This document shows positions 53,004-63,407 of a stretch of 64,000 bases of DNA, in pieces. The notes beneath the pieces are model-generated. The model was not told the origin of the DNA and searched no databases. It was given only the letters and a program-made list of their open reading frames with translations. The stretch covers positions 81,282,001 through 81,346,000 of the forward strand of contig NC_043004.1 in NCBI RefSeq assembly GCF_006345805.1, written 5' to 3'. Numbering within the stretch: the stretch's first letter is position 1; every line of letters starts with the position of its first letter. The position numbers were made by a program, and so were the translations under genes. The DNA comes from Octopus sinensis. Taxonomy: Eukaryota.

Positions 53004-54930
53004 AACAACGTGTCGGAAATCTATCCACGTGTGTTGTGAGTTATTTTGTATGTGAAAATTGGAAAAAGACTGTTAAAAATTGTCAAAAAGTTGAATCGCG
53101 CGAGGCGTTTGCCGCTGCGTGTTTGAACCTTTTATAGAAGGTGTGTCGACCCTCAAGTCATGGAGACTTACGCGGGGGTCGCCACAACAAAAAGTGACGA
53201 GTCTCTTAGAATAAAAGAAGTGTTCTTTAGAAAAGAACAATTGAAGGAATACGAGAAGTTCGTCAAAAGGGAGGGTGACAGCGTGAAGCTGGTCCCGCCT
53301 GTGGAAACAATAGAAGAGAAAAATAACAAGACGATAACGTATAGAACGCAAGATAGAAACACGAGAAAACTGGTGAGAGTGACGATTGAAGAAATAGAGA
53401 AATGTCTGGGGGACATCATGAAAAAAGCGGCTTTTGTAGACAGAGGAAAGAAATATGGTACGGTGGAGGTGAGATGCGCAACAAAGGAAGTGGCGGCCTC
53501 ATTGGCTTCCACTGTCCTGAAAGCGGAAAATTTCACCATGTGGCCGACGTATAAAGGAAGACGAGGGGTACGGGTAAGAGTCCCAAAGGTGCCCCCAAAT
53601 ATTAAAACAGAAATGCTGGTAACAGCCATTATTGGGGCAGCAAAAGAGGAAGTAGAAATAGGGTCAATTAAGGAGACGAACGTTGTAAATTGGAAGGGAT
53701 TCGGAGTAGAGTTGTGGCTAATGGCCACAATGGAAGACATCGAAAGATTTCCCTTCCAAATAGAAATAGAAAACGAGAAAACAATTAGTGTAATAGTGGA
53801 AGGCAGAAAACCGAATTGCTACCTGTGCGGTTCAAGAGGGCACATAAAAAGGAATGTCCGCTGTATGAATTCACAGCGGAGCAAAAAGAGACACAAAGTG
53901 GAGAGAAGGAAAACGAACACGAAGGAAAGAACAGCGAAAAGAAGGAAAAGGAAATAACGGAGAAACAACAAGAGAAGGGAAGTAACAGCGCACTGAAGGA
54001 AAATGAAAACAAAGGGAAGAAGATAGTAGAAAAGGAGCAAAATTCACAGGGTGCAGAAGTAGTGGAGAAGGAGCCAAGGCAGAAGCAAGAGAAAGAAAAG
54101 TAAAGTACATTAAAGGGAAGAGAAAAAGCAGGAAAAGAACAAGAGAAGGAACAGAACCAAGAGAAAGGAAAAGATGGTATGCAAAAAGGAAAAGAAACAA
54201 CAGGAAAGGAACTTAAGGCACAGGGTAGAGAGACGGCAGACAAAGAGCCAAAAAGACAAGAGAAGGAAAAAGAAAGAAGAGAACGCAAAAAGAGAGAAAG
54301 AGAGAAACCAAGAGAGGGAAAAAAAGAGGAAGTAAGTCCTAAGAGAAAAACTAGAGAAAACGTAGGTACGAATAGAAAATTCAAATACTATGGAACGTTG
54401 ATCCATCACAGGCACTGTGAGGAGATGGAAGATTTAATAAACGTAACAAACGGATATACGTGGGTCAGGATGGGCACCGAATGGAAAGAAACAGGTGCAC
54501 TCGTCCACGAGAACGACGCCGAGGCGTTCATCGAGGCAGCTGGCGAGAACGTGTCAAAACATATGAAATGCCGACTTACAAGGTGGCCTCGAACAATGGA
54601 AGTTTACTCAGATTTGGTAGACATAATGGAGTATATATAAAAGAAAAGGTATTGTGAAAACTTTAATTTGGAAATGATAAAAAGAACTTTAAATTCTGGA
54701 AAAAAAAAGAAATGTTGAACTTTGTAAAACTTTTGAAATGTATGTTGAAAATGTAAAAAATGTTTTATTTGGAAAATATTGTTGACGAATAAAAATAAAT
54801 GACGAAATGTAACCGCTCGATTTCGGGGATCGAGTGGGCATTGCACCACATTGTACAAACTTCATAATTCATTATTCATTTTCCCGATTGTATTGTCCCA
54901 TCTATGTAGCCCCTAGTGGGTAATAATAAA
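53004..54930 (+). mobile_element. ORF1-only non-autonomous Tx1/L1-like retroelement, copy 1 (subfamily I)
   Basis: 5'UTR, single gag-like ORF, short 3'UTR with hairpin, SINE-B-like tail ending TAATAATAAA; no RT or endonuclease. Confidence 0.8.
53160..54640 (+). pseudogene. gag/ORF1p-like protein (~490 aa) with CCHC knuckle, K/E-rich linker and C-terminal domain; one frameshift and one nonsense change
   Basis: VEGRKPNCYLCGSRGHIK(K)ECP; A5 instead of A6 at 53846-53850; GAA>TAA at 54101-54103 relative to copy 2. Confidence 0.82.
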
Positions 54931-54933
54931 AGA

Positions 54934-56850
54934 GGAAATCTATCCACGTGTGTTGTGAGTTACTTTGTATGTGAAAATTGGAAAAAAAACTGTTAAAAAT
55001 TGTCAAAAAATTGAATCGCGCGAGGCGTTTGCCGCTGCGTGTTTGAACCTTTTATAGAAGGTGTGTCGACCCTCAAGTCATGGAGACTTACGCGGGGGTC
55101 GCCACAACAAAAAGTGACGAGTCTCTTAGAATAAAAGAAGTGTTCTTTAGAAAAGAACAATTGAAGGAATACGAGAAGTTCGTCAAAAGGGAGGGTGACA
55201 GCGTGAAGCTGGTCCCGCCTGTGGAAACAATAGAAGAGAGAAATAACAAGACGATAACGTATAGAACGCAAGATAGAAACACGAGAAAACTGGTGAGAGT
55301 GACGATTGAAAAAATAGAGAAATGTCTGGGGGACATCATGAAAAAAGCGACTTTTGTAGACAGAGGAAGAAATATGGTACGGTGGAGGTGAGATGCGCAA
55401 CAAAGGAAGTGGCGGCCTCATTGGCTTCCACTGTCCTGAAAGCGGAAAATTTCACCATGTGGCCGACGTATAAAGGAAGACGAGGGGTACGGGTAAGAGT
55501 CCCAAAGGTGCCCCAGATATTAAAACAGAAATGCTGGTAACAGCCATTATTGGGGCAGCAAAAGAGGAAGTAGAAATAGGGCCAATTAAGGAGACGAACG
55601 TTGTAAATTGGAAGGGATTCGGAGTAGAGTTGTGGCTGATGGCCACAATGGAAGACATCGAAAGATTTCCCTTCCAAATAGAAATAGAAAACGAGAAAAC
55701 AATTAGTGTAATAGTGGAAGGCAGAAAACCGAATTGCTACCTGTGCGGATCAAGAGGGCACATAAAAAAGGAATGTCCGCTGTATGAATTCACAGCGGAG
55801 CAAAAAGAGACACAAAGTGGAGAGAAGAAAACGAACACGAAGGAAAGAACAGCGAAAAGAAGGAAAAGGAAATAACGGAGAAACAACAAGAGAAGGGAAG
55901 TAACAGCGCACTGAAGGAAAATGAAAACAAAGGGAAGAAGATAGTAGAAAAGGAGCAAAATTCACAGGGTGCAGAAGTAGTGGAGAAGGAGCCAAGGCAG
56001 AAGCAAGAGAAAGAAAAGGAAAATACATTAAAGGAAAGAGAAAAAGCAGGAAAAGAACAAGAGAAGGAACAGAACCAAGAGAAAGGAAAAGATGGTATGC
56101 AAAAAGGAAAAGAAACAACAGGAAAGGAACTTAAGGCACAGGGTAGAGAGACGGCAGACAAAGAGCCAAAAAGACAAGAGAAGGAAAAAGGAAGAAGAGA
56201 AAGCAAAAAGAGAGAAAGAGAGAAACCGACGGAGGAGAAAAAAGAGGAAGTAAGTCCTAAGAGAAAAACTAGAGAAAACGTAGGTACGAATAGAAAATTC
56301 AAATACTATGGAACGTTGATCCATCACAGGCACTGTGAGGAGATGGAAGATTTAATAAACGTAACAAACGGATATACGTGGGTCAGGATGGGCACCGAAT
56401 GGAAAGAAACAGGTGCACTCGTCCACGAGAACGACGCCGAGGCGTTCATCGAGGCAGCTGGCAAGAACGTGTCAAAACATATGAAATGCCGACTTACAAG
56501 GTGGCCTCGAACGATGGAAGTTTACTCAGATTTGGTAGACATAATGGAGTATATATAAAAGAAAAGGTATTGTGAAAACTTTAATTTGGAAATGATAAAA
56601 AGAACTTTAAATTCTGAAAAAAAAAAAAGAAATGTTGAACTTTGTAAAACTTTTGAAATGTATGTTGAAAATGTATAACATGTTTTATTTGGAAAATATT
56701 GTTGACGAATAAAAAACAAATGACAAAATGTAACCGCTCGATTTCGGGGATCGAGTGGGCATTACACCACATTGTACAAACTTCATAATTCATTATTCAT
56801 TTTCCCGATTGTATTGTCCCATCTATGTAGCCCCTAGTGGGTAATAATAA
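54934..56850 (+). mobile_element. ORF1-only retroelement, copy 2 (subfamily I, nearly identical to copy 1)
   Basis: Colinear with copy 1 along its full length. Confidence 0.8.
55080..56558 (+). pseudogene. gag/ORF1p-like protein, copy 2; two single-base deletions, no nonsense codon seen
   Basis: ORF pieces 55080-55391, 55322-55875 region and 55980-56558 join after restoring one base at ~55367 and one at ~55827; CYLCGSRGHIKKECP intact. Confidence 0.82.
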
Positions 56851-58607
56851 AACAACGTGTCGGAAATCTATGCGTGTAGTTATCTGTGACTAGACGGTGA
56901 AATTTTTTCTGTGTAAATTGATTTGATATCACGTGTGGAAACCTTCCGAAGAAGGTGAATTGACCCTCTAGTCATGGCGACTTACGCGGGAGTCACCGGG
57001 AAAAATAACGATTCGTCGATAATCATAAAGGAGGTTTTCTTTGAGAAGGATAAACTCAAAGAATATGAAAAGCTCTTCAAAAGGGAGGGTGATAGCGTGA
57101 AGCTAATCCCCCCCGCGAAAGCAAAAGAGGATAAAGAAAGCAAGACAGTGACATACAGAACCCAAGACAAAAATACGAAGAAACTGGCAAGAGTGGAGAT
57201 AGCCGAAATTGAAAAATGTCTGGGAGACATAATGGGGAAAATAACCTACGTGAGTAGAGGCAAGAAATTTGGTACGGTGGAGGTGAGATGTGCAACGGAA
57301 GAAATTGCGACCTCACTGGCTACCACCGTACTAAGAGCCGAAAAATTCGCAATGTGGCCCTCATACAAGGGAAGAAGAGAGGTCCGGGTTAAAATCCCGA
57401 ATATACCCCCAGAAGTGAAAACAGAATGGCTGGCAACAGCTATTCTAGAGCAGCAGAAGAGGAAGTGGAGGTGGAATCTATTAAGGAGTCCACACGGTAA
57501 ACTGGAGAGGATATGGGGTAGAATTGTGGTTGATGGCCACAAAAGAGGATATTGAAAGGTTTCCATACAGAATTGAAATTGAAGAGGAAAAAACCCTCAG
57601 CGTAATTGTAGAGGGGAGAAAACCAAACTGTTACTTGTGTGGGACAAGGGGGCACATTAAAAAAGAGTGCCCGTTATACGAATTCGTAGCGGAGTGCGAG
57701 CAGGAACTTGAAGAAAAGAAGAATACTGTAAATGAGAAAGAAAACATAGAAAAGGAAACAAAACAACAAGAGAAAGGAAATAATAAGTCAATGAAGGAAA
57801 AAGAAATAAATGAAAAGAAAGAAATAGAACCAAAACAGTCAGGAAAAAAAAAGGAAAAAGAAACAACAGGAAAAAAACAAGAGAGGGATCAGAATCAAAC
57901 GAAAAGAAAAGACGGCACACAAAAAGAAAAAGAAAAGGAACATAAAACACGAGAGAAAGAGAGAACAGAGAAAGAACCAAAAAGACAAGAGAAGGAAGGA
58001 GAAAGAAAAGAAGGCAAAAAGAGAGAAAGAGAGAAACAAAGAGAGGAGAACAAGGAAGAAATAAGCCCGAAAAGGAAAATGAAGGAAAACGTAGGACGGA
58101 AACAAGATTACTATTACTACAAGTTAGTAACCTTCCATTTCTGCCCTGAAATGAAAGACTTGACATATAAAACGGAGGGACATATATGGGTCAACAGGAT
58201 GACCGATCGGTGGCAGGAGACTGCTCTAATCCCCGAAGAAAGAGTCGCTGAGTTCCTCAGAGCTGCCGGAGAGAGTGTAATATTTTACACGAAGGTTCGA
58301 ATGAGAGAGCGGCTGCCTGAGGGCTCAGTGATAGACTTCAGAGAAGTGGAAACTATGATAGAATACGTATAGAATTGTGAGAAGAAAAAAAAAAAGAGAA
58401 AAAAGAAAATTTTGTGAAATATATGTGACGAAAATGTAACCTCTCGATTCCGGGGATCGAGTGGGCATTTACATCTCATTGTAAATATTCTTTCATATGT
58501 CATTTTTTACTTTTATTTTTTCCTTTTCTTGTCATTCGCTTTCTTATTTTAAGTTCCCCGATTGTATTGTCCCCTCTATGTTCGCCCCTTGTGGGTAATA
58601 AGAAATA
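56851..58607 (+). mobile_element. ORF1-only retroelement, copy 3 (diverged subfamily II)
   Basis: Same architecture, different 5'UTR, tail TTGTCCCCTCTATGTTCGCCCCTTGTGGGTAATAAGAAATA. Confidence 0.8.
56974..58372 (+). pseudogene. gag/ORF1p-like protein, copy 3; two single-base deletions
   Basis: MATYAGV..IEKCLGDIMGK..VEGRKPNCYLCGTRGHIKKECP..IEYV; frame breaks at ~57447 and ~57495. Confidence 0.82.
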
Positions 58608-58852
58608 CCGATATGATGTTACTTATTCATCGATACTCAAAACTGAACTTTCACCAACTGAATACTCGTCTTGTAGAGCCTACTGCTTTTCTGCTGGATT
58701 TTACCTCGAGAAAGGAACCCTGAGGAAGGAGGGCTGAATTTCGAATACTTCGTACAACAAACGGCTGCAGGTTAGGAAAAAAAATTTTATCGCCTCTTCA
58801 ATTTAGGTTTTCATTTTTTCATGTTTTTATTTGTATTTCATTGTTATTTTAT

Positions 58853-59130
58853 ATTGGGTTGTCCGGAAAGTTCGTTCCGATTTTTAAAGAAAAGTACATG
58901 GTCACTAAATACTCTTCCCAGAATTGGGGTGGTTTCAAGGCAAATATTCATCAAGGTATCTTTTTACGTCATCTAAGGAATTGAAATTTTCACCATTAAG
59001 ACTATTCTGCAGAGACCTGAATAAGTGGAAATCCGAAGGAGTAATATCTGGTATGGAGGGGGGAAGTCACCCCAGCCAAGCTGCACCAATTTTGTCTGGT
59101 TCCCAAAGCATCAAATGCCGATAATGAATT
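58853..59130 (-). mobile_element. Mariner (DD34D) 3' remnant with TIR
   Basis: LGTRQKLVQLGW..PDITPSDFHLFRSLQNSLNGENF; TIR TATTGGGTTGTCCGGAAAGTTCG. Confidence 0.8.
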
Positions 59131-59555
59131 TTTCTCATCTTTTAATTTAAAGGGTTACAGAATTAACACAGGTTATTGGAACATAACCTTCTTCCACGAA
59201 AAGATAGATTAAACTGTGCTCCAAATGGAGGTGTAGTCAAATCCTATTTTATGAACTCAATCATGTTCTAAAATTTTTATCGTATACCACATTTTATTAA
59301 TACTTAGCTCATATACGGAGACAAAAATGTTTGTGTACTAATTACTGCAGGTTATCTCCATTAAAATTATATTTAGCATTAGAATTCTTCAAGTAGTATA
59401 AAATGGTTATTGTCTGCATCATTCGAAAGCGAAATAAATTTTGGCATAAGGTGTAAAAGATAAAAAATAATTTGATGGTGTTAGTAACAAAATATTTTGT
59501 AAGAAATAGAACTTTTATCGTCTGTCTTAAATATATTTTCGCCAGTGTATATATC

Positions 59556-62105
59556 TCAGGTCATCCATAAGTTCTGTCTGAATTTTGGATAAAGAATACA
59601 AGTGATCAAATGTTATATTTAATTGAAAGTTAATCATCAATGTACTTTCCCTAATTATCTATGACTTACCTCCATCTATTTACAAGCTTTTTAATCCCAT
59701 CAACGTAAAACTCTTTTGGTTTGAAAGCGAAGAACACTGAAATATCAGGTTCGACCTCCCCTGGCTTGCGAAAGTTGTTATCCCCCTACTAATTCTGTAA
59801 ACTATGAAACAAATGGTATCCTGAAGGAGTAAGGTCGGGAGAATAAGTTGGATGAAGAAATTTTTCCAAACCGACCCCTTCGATCTTCTGTGATGTGATC
59901 TTTGCAGTGTGGGGTTGCGCATTGTCCTGATGAAACATCACTCGTTTTCGACTCACTAAAGCGGCTCTTTTTTCCTTCAAAGCTTGGTCAACGCTCTAAT
60001 TGCTGACAGTAGACTTGAGCATTGATTGTTGCATTAGGTGGTAACAATATAAAGTGAATTACGCCTTTGGCAATCGCACCAGATAGAGAGTAGAACCTTT
60101 TTCCAATGAAGTTCCCTTCTCGGTTGTGGTTGAGAATTTTCCTTTTACCAAGCCACTGTTTACGACGTCTAACATTTCGATAGAAAATCCATTTTTCATC
60201 ACAAGTCTATCGAAAAAGGGTGAAATGAGTTTGCGAGAATGGAGAGAAGAGTAGATGCCAACTCGGGATTTACGGTTGCTTCCGGACAATACATAAGGCA
60301 CCTATTTTCCAAGTTTAGGAACCTTTCCACGTTGTTGAAGATGACGATGAACTGTTGTATGGTTTGAAGTAAGCTTTATTGTCAATTCTTCAACTGATAA
60401 TGACGGATTTTCTTCAAGTAATGCCTCAAGGAGCTTGTCAAACTCAACTGAACATCCTGTTCGATATTCATCTTCAATTTTGCAGACGATCTCCTGCAAG
60501 TTCTTTCATTCGAGCACTTTGCTATAAACTGAGTGTATGTTTCGAGTCACTTCGGCTGCAGAGTTACCTTTATTGTACTCATAAAGAATTATATGTGCCT
60601 TAAATGCTCCTTGGATACTTCCATGTTGAAAGGGTTTTAATCAAAGCAATTTTAGGGTGTCCACGAAGTCTGGGTTTATGGAATAAAATCATAACATAAA
60701 CAAATAAATATAAGAAATAATAATTTTCCTTTTTTACTTTTGTTTAAATTAAATTATAAAATACTTTACTTTTCTAATTTATTTGTTATTTTTCTACAGA
60801 TGATCGAATGATGGCTCTGTCTAAAGAAGAAAGAATCCCAGATCGAATGATGAATCTGTCTAAAGAAGAAAGAATCGAGTTGTATTATTACGTGGACGAA
60901 AGGGATGGTCTTATCGCAAAATTGCGGAAGAATTTAATCTTCCACACCCTTGTAGGCAACCTATTTATTTTACTGCCGTCAGGAAATTGATCAAGAAATT
61001 TAAAGAAACAGGCAGTGTTTCGAATAAACCCCGTTCCGGGCGACCAAAGACTTCAGATGAAACTAAAGAGGCTGTCGAGGCTAAAGTTTCTGCTAGCCCA
61101 AAGAAAGCACTTCGTCGGACATCTACGGTGTTAGGTGTTCCAAAACCAACCATCCACAAAATGCTGGTTGAGGAAAAGTTTCATCGATACAACCTACAGA
61201 TATTGCATCACTTAAATTAAGACGATCCTGATAGACGAATAAATTGGATGAAAATATCAATTTTACGAAAAACTTGTGTTGTTCAGTGACAAAGCTACGT
61301 TTTATGTAAATGGTGAGGTCAACAGACAGAATCTTCTATACTGGTCGAGGTAATCCACATTGGATGGATCTATCCAAACAGCAAGACAGCAAAAAGGGTG
61401 ATGGTGTGGTGTGGTTTTTGGAAAGCTCATGTTCTAGGACCCTTCTTCATTGAACATGTAACGGATGAGACTTATGCAAATATATTGAGAGACAAATTAA
61501 TATCTTAAATTGAGCGCCTAGGCGAGGGCCTTCCGAATTGGTTTCAGCAGGATGGGGCCCCTACCCATTTTGCCACAACTGTTAGAGATTGATTTAATGA
61601 CACTTTTCCTCCTCACTAGATTGGAAAAAGGGGTCATATAGAATGGTCCCCTCGTTCACCAGACCTTTCTCCCCTTGATTTCTTTTTCTGGGGTATGTTG
61701 AAAGAGAAAATTTACTCAATAAAGATTACAGATTTAAAACACACGAGAGAACGCATTACCAGTCAGTGTGCTTAAATTGATGGCAATGTAGACTTATTTA
61801 ATCAAGTTCACCTGAATTTTGCAAGGCGCATCAAGTTATGCATTGAAAATGATGGAAATCACTTTGAAAATATTATTTATTATAATTAAATAAAATTGAT
61901 TTGTTTTAAAAGTATGTGTTAATTCCCATGTACGCAGACTTTGTGGACACCGTCTATTATTTTGTAAAACAATATTGAATTAGTTTAAACGTACACAAAT
62001 GCATAAAAATATTTTTTAATTGAATTAGACATTTGCAAATACTATTAAATTTCATTCAACTCTAAAAAACAGGTAAAATTGGACAGAACTGATTGGATGA
62101 CTTGA
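59556..62105 (-). mobile_element. Full-length degenerate mariner (DD34D) element, interrupted in its 5'UTR
   Basis: TIRs TCAGGTCATCCATAAGTTCTGTC (59556) and GACAGAACTGATTGGATGACTTGA (62105); MEVSKEHLRHIILYEY (ATG ~60624)..HQDNAQPH..HPTYSPDLTPSGYHLF. Confidence 0.88.
60654..61956 (+). mobile_element. Full-length degenerate DD41D (rosa-type) Tc1/mariner element nested in the mariner
   Basis: TIRs GGGTGTCCACGAAGTCTG / CAGACTTTGTGGACACC; FSD..WFQQDGAP..WSPRSPDLSPLDFFFWG with 41 codons counted between the last two Asp. Confidence 0.88.
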
Positions 62106-62826
62106 TATATATAATCTATGATATTCTAGTAAGTTTCAAGTTTATAACACCTTGATATCTCATGTTATCTCATTTTATATGCCTAAGACGTTTATTTTCT
62201 ATTCTGGTTTTTATATATTTCTATACATTATATTTGTATCTATAATTTATTTTAAGCCGAAACATAATACGATCCTTGTACAAACGAAAGAACAAGAATG
62301 TCCTCTGGAACGTTTATCTTCCACCGGCGTTTGTAATCGATGGTGACATGTGCGATGATTTTGCGACTATCTTATATTTTACAGAGAAATTGGAAGCCCC
62401 GAATGTAAGTCAGCGCTTTATGCATAATTCAATATTCATAGTTCTCTATTTCTAACAGAAATTCTGTCCTCAATAACTATAGATCTATTTCTAAATGTAT
62501 TTCTTTTTCTTTTCCTTCATGCACTCCCGTCTGTCTCTTGACAAAGCTTTCTTTCTCCAGCGTTCACCACGTCACCTCGTTAGGGTTAAACAGGCCTTAG
62601 CGAAAATTTTGACTGTCCTGATTTTGTTAGCAGCTTTGACGTTCCACGTATCTCAAATTTTATCTAATTTGGTTTGGGGGAGCAATTGCTTTGACGAAGA
62701 CACATCTTGTTGCAATGCGGAGCAAGTAAAATTGCCAACATCTGAGGAAGAGTTGTTTGTGTTTTTATTTTCTGCCTTCACGCTATAGTTCTCTATGTAA
62801 TTAAGATTCTTCTTCCTCTCCTTCAA

Positions 62827-62925
62827 GAGCCGAGCCGAGCCGAGCCGAGCCGAGCCGAGCCGAGCCGAGCCGAGCCGAGCCGAGCCGGGCCGGGCCGGGC
62901 CGGGCCGAGCCGAGCCGAGCCGAGC
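62827..62925. repeat. GC-rich pentanucleotide repeat (GAGCC)n with GGGCC variants
   Basis: About 20 units. Confidence 0.95.
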
Positions 62926-63189
62926 GTAAAATTTGAATGAAATTGGTTGTGTAGTTCTCAAGTTATAGGGATTCACACAGACAGACAGATACACATTCTT
63001 AGTTTCATATATATCGATATACTAGCATTATGACCCGGTCGTTGCCGGGTCATAGTGCTAGTCAATGTATATATGAGTATATATATGTGTTCATATTACA
63101 TGTACATATATATATATATATATACATTTACACATAAAATACAAAGTACAATGTTATATCTTGATATCGCTAGTGATAACAATACTCAA

Positions 63190-63400
63190 AATATATAACA
63201 GACTGGAATTGTAGGCCCGTCTCTTGCAATTTCGACCAATTGTATTTTGTCCTCCCTCTGGTGTAGAAGTGTGGCTACAATCCAGCCTACCTCTACTTCT
63301 GCGGGGATATCTTTCATAGTCGCACCAAGACACTTTTCAATGGAGCTTTCCTCCAGGTGTTCAAATCTTCTTTTTCTCTCTACATTGTATGCTTTATAGA
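63190..63400 (-). pseudogene. Internally deleted remnant of a distant relative of the ORF1-only protein
   Basis: SSIEKCLGATMK|DIPAEVEVGWIVATLL aligns to EIEKCLGDIM(G)K and NIPPEVKTEWLATAIL of copy 3. Confidence 0.55.
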
Positions 63401-63407
63401 CAATTGT

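Noticed and set aside
53168-58166. Minus-strand F/S/L-rich ORFs over the tandem units
   Set aside because: Antisense frames of the purine-rich K/E coding strand.
53004-58607. Interpretation as LTR/DIRS gag genes or a CRISPR-like array
   Set aside because: No LTRs, PBS, protease, RT or tyrosine recombinase; units end in a LINE/SINE-type tail and are kilobase-scale.
58700-58775. CUGAGGA..GAA hammerhead-like string
   Set aside because: Helices II and III could not be paired convincingly.
62500-62820. Possible exon or Helitron N-terminal coding on the minus strand
   Set aside because: In-frame stops and no recognisable HERC1 or Rep motif.
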